NCBI GenBank assembly: GCA_951406725.2
Contig: OX597816.1
Span: 61,628,001-61,692,000 of the forward strand
Reading direction: 5' to 3'
DNA from: Octopus vulgaris
Lineage: Eukaryota
DNA: 64,000 bases
The notes under the pieces are model-generated. The model was given only the letters and a program-made list of their open reading frames with translations. It did not search any database and was not told where the DNA came from. Shown one piece after another: positions 54,834 through 64,000 of this stretch (the first letter of the stretch is position 1; each line of letters starts with the position of its first letter). The translations under genes and the position numbers were made by a program.

Positions 54834-55672
54834 TACAGGATGCGGTGAATATATTGTCGATAAATTTCTCAAAAAGGAAAATGACACTGACATTTTAAGA
54901 GATGTATTTAACTAAAATTACATAAAATTATCTCAAATAAAATTGTCATTGGCTTCAAGTACGGCATGCAGACGACTTTGGAATCTCCTGCGACTCTTCT
55001 GGACAGTCTCCTAGTTTAAATTGGTGAATCCTTGCCTTCAGTTCATCTTTGGTATTACAAGAAATTTTGTTGGTCTCTCTCTCAACTGCGCCCCACACAT
55101 AATAATCAAGGAGTTTGCAGTCTGGGAAAGTAGGCGTCCAGGTGTCAGGGGTGATGTGGTCCAGAAATTGTCTGACAGTCATGACTGGGTTCTGCATGTG
55201 TGGCATGGTGCAGAGGCCTGTTGTTAGCCATAGGGTCTCCCAGCAGCCACCCTTTTCACCCACGGCAGCAATAACTCCTCCAGGTACTTGATGACGGCCT
55301 CCGTGTTGAGTTTGAGGCCGTGTGGGGAGAGGAATGGTGGTATAACGTCACCATAACTAGTGATTACTCTAAACACCATGATGTTGACTAGATGTTTGAT
55401 TTTTAACCTTTCGGTACATGTTTTGGGGACACGGCAAGCCAACCATTGTTCTGTGTGTTCACCATCTTTTCGTATTGGATCTTCCGGCGCGAATGCCAAG
55501 CAGTACAACATGTCGTTTCCAAATTTCTGGCAGAGTGAATTGCATCATAGCGCTGTTTTTCTCACAGACGTTGCCTGACTAACTCTACTATACTGTGTTG
55601 TCGACAAAATAAAAAAACAAGCAATGCGCAAAATTAAAAATACAAAATGGTGACAATTCACCCATCGCATCT

Positions 55673-55675
<3 letters not shown>
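54834..55675 (-). mobile_element. Decayed maT/DD37D-like (Tc1/mariner superfamily) transposon
   Basis: TIR-like TACAGGATGCGGTGAATATATTGTC / GACAATTCACCCATCGCATCTTGTG; IMVFRVITSYGDVIPPF..GLKLNTEAVIKYLEELLLPWVKRVAAGRPY; WTPTFPDCKLLDYYVWG. Confidence 0.8.
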
Positions 55676-55719
<44 letters not shown>

Positions 55720-55857
55720 TATATACATACATACATTATATACATACATACATACATATATACATATATAATATAATATTTATATAAATATATACATAAA
55801 TATACATGCATATATACATACATACATACATACATACTTACTTACATACCTACATCC

Positions 55858-55900
<43 letters not shown>

Positions 55901-55907
<7 letters not shown>

Positions 55908-56084
55908 GATAAGAAAATAACAATAAGAAGTGTGTCTTTTGCACTAGGAAGCCATTATTTAATTAGTTAAGAAAGGTGAGAGTAAGAATGCTCTCACCTT
56001 TCTTAACTAATTAAATAATGGCTTCCTAGTGCAAAAGACACACTTCTTATTGTTATTTTCCCTCCATTTTCTTATCGTCTATAT
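55901..56084. repeat. Perfect 70-bp hairpin with an 8-nt loop
   Basis: 55913-55982 is the exact reverse complement of 55991-56060; outer TATAGACGATAAG / CTTATCGTCTATA extends the stem past a bulge. Confidence 0.92.
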
Positions 56085-56250
56085 AAATTAAACTACGGTT
56101 TACCTGTTAAATTAAATGCTGCCGTATACCTTATACTAAGGATTATACTTACAGAGGTAATTACCAGGAGTGCCTTTGGATACATTTATTCCTTAGAGTG
56201 TTTAAACACCTCCTACTTATACCTGCATAACACACAAACACACACACACG

Positions 56251-56333
<83 letters not shown>

Positions 56334-56479
56334 CATTATTATCGAGTAAGAAAACAGAGAGATCTAATGGATACAAATTAATTTATTAATTACTTTACTT
56401 ATTTACCTACAATTGTTTCATTTCACAAGCAAGATTAAAATTACAAAACATATATAAATATATAATTTTGCATTTTAAA

Positions 56480-57780
56480 TGTCAATCGGTGGTTACAAAG
56501 AGAATTCCGAAAATAATGTTCGCCATCTTTATAACACATTCGATCAAGTACATGGAGTCTCATCAGAGTGAATGCAAATACATAAAATAAAACAAACGAA
56601 GGGAAGAGGGAAGAAGGAAAAGGAAAGTACAGGGCCTCAATATTCTTCATATTACTAAACTTAGTGTTATATTAACCCTTACGTGGATGTAGCCAGACTT
56701 GGTAGACTCAGTGATATGAACAATCTAATTTTGATTATAATATATATATTAAGTAAGATTTAGTAAACTGTGGTAGGACCTGGAGTTTGTAACCATATTA
56801 GTGATTATCGGGATTTAACTTGTAATCGTTTAACTGTCTGGGATTTTTGTACTTTTGCCCTCTCGTATGTCTAAAAGGCAGAATGCACTCAGGAACGTGT
56901 AGACATTTACATGTTCGTCTAGTATTACCACTACTTTGAAGTATTTAAAATGGCAGATTTAGCATTATATTTCGAAGGTAATTTCCTCTAGTATTCACCT
57001 CCCTATCATTAGTCGCACCTTAACTGTAAAAAAGTTGACAGCCGTATTGGTTGGTAGTTCTTATCTTATTTATATTTTTTATTTTGTATTTTTATTTTTA
57101 TTTTATGTTGAGATGGGGTAGAAGGGCATAAGCTGCCTCGTGCCTGTTATGACATAGTTTTCTACACCTTTTTATTTACTGGTTCATATTTTCTTCTTTA
57201 TTTACATCTACCCTTGTAACGGTCTTAACTTGCCCTTGGTTTAAATATAACTGACAAATTGAAGAGATGGCTGAACGTTGGTCAATTCCATTACGGACAA
57301 CAGGTGGTTGGTTTCTAGAATATTTCAGTAAGTACACCATTATAAAAACTCTACAGGTTTGGTTTTGGATAAATATCAATTACCTCTATTTACGAAATCA
57401 TAAGTACTAACCTTTTTCAAAACATATTGGTGATTCCTGTTTTACTTTGGCACTAATGTTATCCTACTAATATTTATACACCCTGGGAACCCTGCATAAA
57501 TTATTTCTCTAGCTCATTTGCTAGTTCACTATTTTGCCTATCGACTTCAAACTTCACACTGCAAAATGGTATGCTTCTAATATATTGAGTCTTCTGGCCT
57601 CATAACGAGGCCGTTCTTTCCCCTTCCCTTCTTTTCTTTTATTTTATGTGTTTGTATTCACTCTGATGAGGCTCCATGTACTTGATCGAATGTGCTATAA
57701 AGATCGCGAATATTATTTTCGGAATTTTCTTTGTAAGCACCGATCGACATCGGCAGCCGAAACGGCCGTAAGATGTGCTA
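56480..57780. mobile_element. Old PLE relic with inverted pLTRs
   Basis: 56480-56640 is an inverted copy of ~57590-57750; the right copy carries a hammerhead; PLE C-terminus-like YFAYRLQT at ~57530. Confidence 0.6.
57655..57777 (+). ncRNA. Type I hammerhead ribozyme motif with extended stem II loop
   Basis: CTGATGA-GGCT[~80 nt]AGCC-GAAAC-GGCC-GTA. Confidence 0.7.
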
Positions 57781-57875
57781 TGTAATGTTATGTTATATTT
57801 TGTATTAGAAAATAATTAACCGATGTTGGTCAATTTGTTTGTTTGTTGATCAAAAGTTTTCTACATTTTCTGTTT

Positions 57876-57957
<82 letters not shown>

Positions 57958-57999
57958 ACACACATACGTACATGTTTATATATATATATATATATATGT

Positions 58000-58303
58000 A
58001 CGATGGCGGGTACGACGACGAGTGTTGCAAGTAATCCGGTCAAAGGAACAGTCTGCTCGTAAAATTAAGGTGCAAATGGTCAAACACTCCAGAACCAAGT
58101 TCACAGTCTTCAAGAAGATTTAGTGAGACACAGAATGTGACAAAAAGCTGACGTTTTGAATTACAGGTACACCTCCTTTTTGTCAGCTGAGTGTACAAAA
58201 GAAACGTGAAATAAAATGATTGCTCAAGGACACAAAGCGCCGCCAGAAATCGAACTTCCGACCGTGGGCTGAATACCTTAACCACTAAGCCACGTGCCTT
58301 GAC
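58000..58303 (-). mobile_element. SINE family C-related copy
   Basis: Head GGCACGTGGCTTAGTGGTTAAGG; body and tail similar to 13608-13993. Confidence 0.7.
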
Positions 58304-58316
58304 GCACACAAATGCA

Positions 58317-58395
<79 letters not shown>

Positions 58396-59349
58396 GCACA
58401 CGTACATACACATATAAAAACACACACACATACATATATATGTATATGTATGCAAAGACGCGGCACATTTCTGAGATATGCGTTGGGCAAATTCCTTTAT
58501 TGACCATTCATCTACTCCAGACGAATCTATTTCTCTCCTAAATGAACCCATTCTCATTCATCGCATTCCTACTCGCTCCTTCCCTCATTCTCCGTTACCT
58601 CGCCTTGACTCTCCCTCAGTTTCTCTCTCTACCTTTATCTTCATCTCTATCCTTCTCTCTCTCTTTCTCTGTCTTTATCTCTCTGCTTCTCTCAATCATT
58701 CTCCTCTCTCTCATTTGACAAGATTATTTATTTCATCTTATGCAGTTTTTTTTAAAAAAAAAGATCACAAAAGAATATATTTCACCCATTCATTCTTACA
58801 GACCACCCCCGACACACACAAACGTTTCCTTTCCTACACTCTCTCTAACACCGTCTAACTTTCGTTGTATCTCTCTATTTAGTCTTTTCTCTCCATTACT
58901 TTCTCATATATCTTTCCCGCCCCCACCATCTTCACTTTGCCATTCCATTTAGCATTCTCTATATCTATCCATTTTGGCTTTACTTTCTGTCTGTCACCTT
59001 CAAACTATTTTACTTTCTTCCATATCTCATATTTTATCTCCACCTTTTTCCTATACACATCCTCAACATTCTCGGAAGTCAAAAACGAACGGTTTAGAAA
59101 TAAATTGTAACGCTTCATATAAGTAACTCGAGCTGTCACTATATCTTCTATTCAATTCGCTCAAAAGAAACTATGTAAATGTTAGAAACAGTTCAAGTTC
59201 ACCAAGTGCTTTCATTCAATTTAATCTCCATTCTCAATCATCTTCCAGTGAAAGTATATTTCAATTTGCTTTGTGTATGAGGAAATATGTGTGTATGTAT
59301 ATACATAAACATGCATGGATACATATCAGTATATGTACAAATGCATATA

Positions 59350-59407
<58 letters not shown>

Positions 59408-59461
59408 TATATACATACATACATATTTATATATATATATGTATGTATGTATATATACATG

Positions 59462-59544
<83 letters not shown>

Positions 59545-60276
59545 CATATATACATATATGTATGTACACACTCTCACACTTAAATATATGCATGTATATA
59601 CATACAAACATATCTACATATTTGTAGGTATGTATGTATGTATGTTTAGACACGCACGCACACATACATACACACACGGAGTGTAAGCAAATTATATAAC
59701 GAAATGAAAGCAGCGGTGGTGATTTTGATTATGTTGTTATTGTTGTTGTTGATGATGATGATGATGGTGATGATGATGGTGATGGTGATGATGGTATTGA
59801 TTAGAATTATAATGACGACAATGAAGATTCCATTACATGGTAAGAAAAAACAAAAACAGAGAGAGCGAATGTGAATGAAGTTAATGGTAATTTCGAATAG
59901 AGTTAGAATGCATATACAGAAGAAACAATGGCGGCGAGGGCAGTGTATTGATGAATATTATGAAAATTCTGTACTTGTACTTAGTTGGAGCTAATTTTTA
60001 TTGTCTGTAAACGAAAGTGAAAGTGAAAGTGGACTTTCAGTTTAAATTTAACCCAGGAAACGTAGAAAGAAAAGAACAAAAAAAAAAATAAATAAATAAA
60101 TACTACAAGGTATGGGGATGCGGTTATGATGTTCGCTTCGCAACCCGGAGATCCTGGATACAGTCCCACTGCACGACATCTTGTGTAAATAATATCTTTT
60201 ACTTTAGTCACTGGTCGAGTCGAATAAATGTCTTGTGAGTAAATTTGGTTGACGGAACATGTGCAGAAACTCGTCT

Positions 60277-60328
<52 letters not shown>

Positions 60329-60339
60329 CATACACACAC

Positions 60340-60527
60340 AGTTGGCGATTTTTTTTCCTTCGTCTTCCCTTCTTTGGATCTTTCCTTTTCCTTTGTTTCT
60401 GACGAAAAGCTCCGCTCGAAACGTTAAATCCTCCTTCTTTCCTTCTTTCCTGAGAGTCCAATAATACTATACTTGTTCCACGTCCTCGTGTTGTTTTGTT
60501 TTCTCTTTGTGTTTTCATGTTTGGATT
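60340..60527 (+). mobile_element. Short pLTR-like repeat with a minimal hammerhead (60395-60429)
   Basis: TTT-CTGACGA-AAAGC TCC GCTC-GAAACGTT-AAA; flanked by CA/TA repeats. Confidence 0.6.
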
Positions 60528-60750
60528 AACTGTGTATATATATATGTATATATATATAGGCGTAGTAGTGGATTAACAAGGCAACCCATGGTTTCATATG
60601 CCTCGCAGTGGGACTGAACCCCCCACTCCTACGCCTACCAGTAATACCATGTAGAAATAGAAGGCAGATTACCGCTTCTACTCTTACTAGCCAATGACGG
60701 AACATCCTCGGGATCACTTTAATTCCTACAAATCCGAGTAAAATCTCGCA

Positions 60751-60833
60751 CAAATGCCCGGTCTGGGAATGGAAACCGCGTTCTTACGACCGCGAGTCCT
60801 CTGCCCTAACCACCGGGTCATTGCGCCTCCACT
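60751..60833 (-). mobile_element. SINE family C head only
   Basis: Near-identical to 13910-13993. Confidence 0.8.
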
Positions 60834-61426
60834 GCTGTTGCTGTTCATGTTGTTACTGTTGTTAACACGAATATTTGCAATGGAATTTAGGACTGAAATT
60901 TGCTGTGGCACTGTAAGAATGCAATGAAATTTATTCAAATATCATTAAGTAGTTGGGTTGTTGGCAAACAGACGAAAATATCCTTTCTCTGGCAATTTTG
61001 ACAGTTTCGGAATAAATATATAAATAAGAAATGAACGAACGAACAATACAAATAAAAATGAACGCCACAAGCAAATACACTGACAAGCAAACAAATAAAT
61101 GCTAATATATTGAAAGCAAAGAAGATAGTTAAAAATTTAATGATAGATTTGCAGAATATTTTCCAAAGAATTGTGGTTAATATTCATAAAAGTCGACTTA
61201 TTTCTTCAGTATCTATAATTATCAGTGGTTTACAGAAGAACAGCCTCTTTCCTCAGACATTCTCGTGTATTATTTTAAATTTAATAGCGAGAGATATGCA
61301 ATGCGCATGATAATGATTTAATATTAGATGTATAAATAGTCATTTAAAATTTTTGTAAACCTTTGAAAGATGAAACAATTACAATATTTTCTTTTTACTT
61401 ATGCCATTCTTCTATCTATCTATCTA

Positions 61427-61528
<102 letters not shown>

Positions 61529-61763
61529 CCTATCTATCTATCTATCTATCTACCTACCTATCTCTGCCTGCTTGTCTGCCTGCCTGCCTGCCTGCCTGTC
61601 TGTCTGACTGCCTATCTGTTTCTCTATCTGTCTGCTTACCTCTCTCCTTCTCTAATTATTATTATTAATGATACTTTATATCAAGACGGTGCTCCAGCAT
61701 TGCCGCTGTCTAATGACTGAAGCAAGGAAAAGATATATATATATATATATATATATGTATATG

Positions 61764-61839
61764 TGGATCAACGTAGGATTGCACCTAAAGACTTACGCTC
61801 ATGGATCTACGCAGGGTTGCACCTAAGGACTTATGCTCT
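61764..61839. repeat. Imperfect 38-bp tandem duplication
   Basis: TGGATCAACGTAGGATTGCACCTAAAGACTTACGCTCA / TGGATCTACGCAGGGTTGCACCTAAGGACTTATGCTCT. Confidence 0.8.
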
Positions 61840-62097
61840 TGTTTCTATAACTTTGGGAAGTTGAACTATGAACTTTTATGCTTCTTTTTTCTTCTTTCTT
61901 TCTATCTCCTTATTCATTAATTCCAATTCTCTATGTCGTCATCTCATTAATATATATGATTTTCTGATGACAGAATATCCCAAACTCGGTGTATCCCAGA
62001 AAGAGCCGTAAGACTTTGAATTTTTTTCCAATAAAATATTGTATATAACTTGAGGTGTTTGACTTGCCTTATTGTTTGTGGTCCTCTTTAAAAATTA

Positions 62098-62226
<129 letters not shown>

Positions 62227-62387
62227 TTCTGTCTGTCTGCCTATTTCATTTGTGGATTAACAAGGCAATCCATGGTTTCATATACATTAGATCTCCACAA
62301 TTATTCAAACGATCCTCCTGGGAATCTGGGCACTCGTCGCCATTTTGGATTGGAATACACGAGGTTATCTATTTGGCGGTTCAGAAT

Positions 62388-62460
<73 letters not shown>

Positions 62461-64000
62461 CGAGGAGTATGTTTCGGTATAAATGCAGTTTATTTTCAGT
62501 GTTTGTATCTTCTTAAATATCTTGCTACAAATCTTTCTCTTGTTTCCACCACTTACAGAACACAGTACAACGAAGAAATTGTCTACAAATATATAAATAT
62601 ACAGAACACACGTATCTATGTATGTGTGTATAAATACAATCATACATATATATACATACATAGATATGTGTGTGTGTGTGTGTGTTTGTATTTATGCGTA
62701 TAAACACTCACACGCTCAACCACACACGTATACACAAAATTCCATCATTTGCACCAGACTTGTTGTTGGCCTCAGGGAATATACACCTCTATTTGATAGC
62801 GAAGAAATATTTCATAAAACTTTCTCTTGAATATATACCTTTTTATATTTCTTTATTCAAGTCAACGCGGCTGGTTATTTTAATAATAATTACAGAAATG
62901 AAAAATCTGTTTACTAACGCTCGTAGCATTATTTAACCAGACAAAAACTAAATCATCGAACGTCAGACATAGCTTTAGACAAAGACAATTTTAGCTACGG
63001 CTTTAACCAAAATTATTGAATGAGGATCAATACCCCAACAACGCTATGGTGTTGTTTTTATTTTTATATTTTTTCTGTGCTGGAAATGTAAATTACCGAA
63101 ATAACGCATACTTTTTCACAAAAATAGCATCGAGAGAAAAATGATGCTGGTTAAAGAAAGGCAAATTTTCCTGGCAGTATGTCCTATAAATATAGAAATA
63201 TCGCCGTAACTCTACCCAAAATAGGCTTCCAAAACATATTTAAAAGTAATAAAACTAGGATGATGGACGTAACCCGTAGATCAGTTTCACACTACTATAT
63301 GGCCTATTCAGATTTTTCTCTTTTGAGCACTCGGGCAAATTGACAGTCTTGTTAGAGCATCAGTTTAAAAGTCTCGCGGTGTTTGTTCTACTTTCTGCTG
63401 CGCTCTGATTTCAAAACCCGTCGCGATTAGCTTTGCCTTTCATTCCATAAAAAATATCAACTCAAGCCAGTACTATATCGGAACTGTACTGGAACTGTAA
63501 TAAAGTAGGGTTGAATAGCTTGTACTTATTTGAGTTCAAATCACGCCGTGGCCTACTTGGGTGATAGACGAAACCCGTTGGCCAACTTACTCGTTACGCC
63601 GCCCCCACCTTGTACTTTGGGTGCGTTTAGCCAAATTCGCGGGGCAGTTGGAAGAGTTACTTGTGCATCGATCAAAATGGCTTTCGGTATTTGTTCTGGT
63701 CATCTGCGCTTTGAGTTCAAATGTTACCGCAGTCAGTTTTGCCTTTCATTTTTTTTTAGGGTCGATGAGAAGAAATCCCAATGCAAGACACTGGGTTATC
63801 GGAACTGCAAGAACGTCAGCTTGAATATTTTGCAGTAATTGTTTCGGTTCCTTGCGATTATGACAAGAAGCTTTTTTACCCATTCTACACAGCACTTTCC
63901 TTGAATAATGGAATTGAAACTGTAAGATCCTACATATAATTTTGTTTTTACTTTTATTCTCTTATTTTCCTTTACAATTCTTATATCCACTCTTTTCCAA

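Overview
AT-rich, microsatellite-saturated eukaryotic DNA with no intact host gene that I can support. The tRNA-derived SINE families and repeat landscape look like an octopus (cephalopod) genome; this is inference from remembered repeat sequences, not a search. The window is essentially a transposon landscape. (i) A young ~6.7-kb Penelope-like element (PLE) complex at 47.5-54.2 kb has a coiled-coil ORF1 overlapping an RT + C-terminal GIY-YIG ORF2 at a U-UUU-UUA slippery site, direct and inverted pseudo-LTRs, and a U3-A8 variant hammerhead ribozyme. (ii) A 5'-truncated CR1-like LINE with an open RT. (iii) Two tandem R4/Dong-type RLE retrotransposons in (TAA)n. (iv) An RTE 3' fragment with C2H2 fingers. 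(v) Mariner, maT, hAT and Helitron relics and MITEs. (vi) Three SINE families, including dimers and a SINE-head/LINE-ORF1/SINE-tail chimera. (vii) About ten dispersed minimal type-I hammerhead motifs, several in inverted pairs. Most ORFs in the supplied track are microsatellite artefacts.
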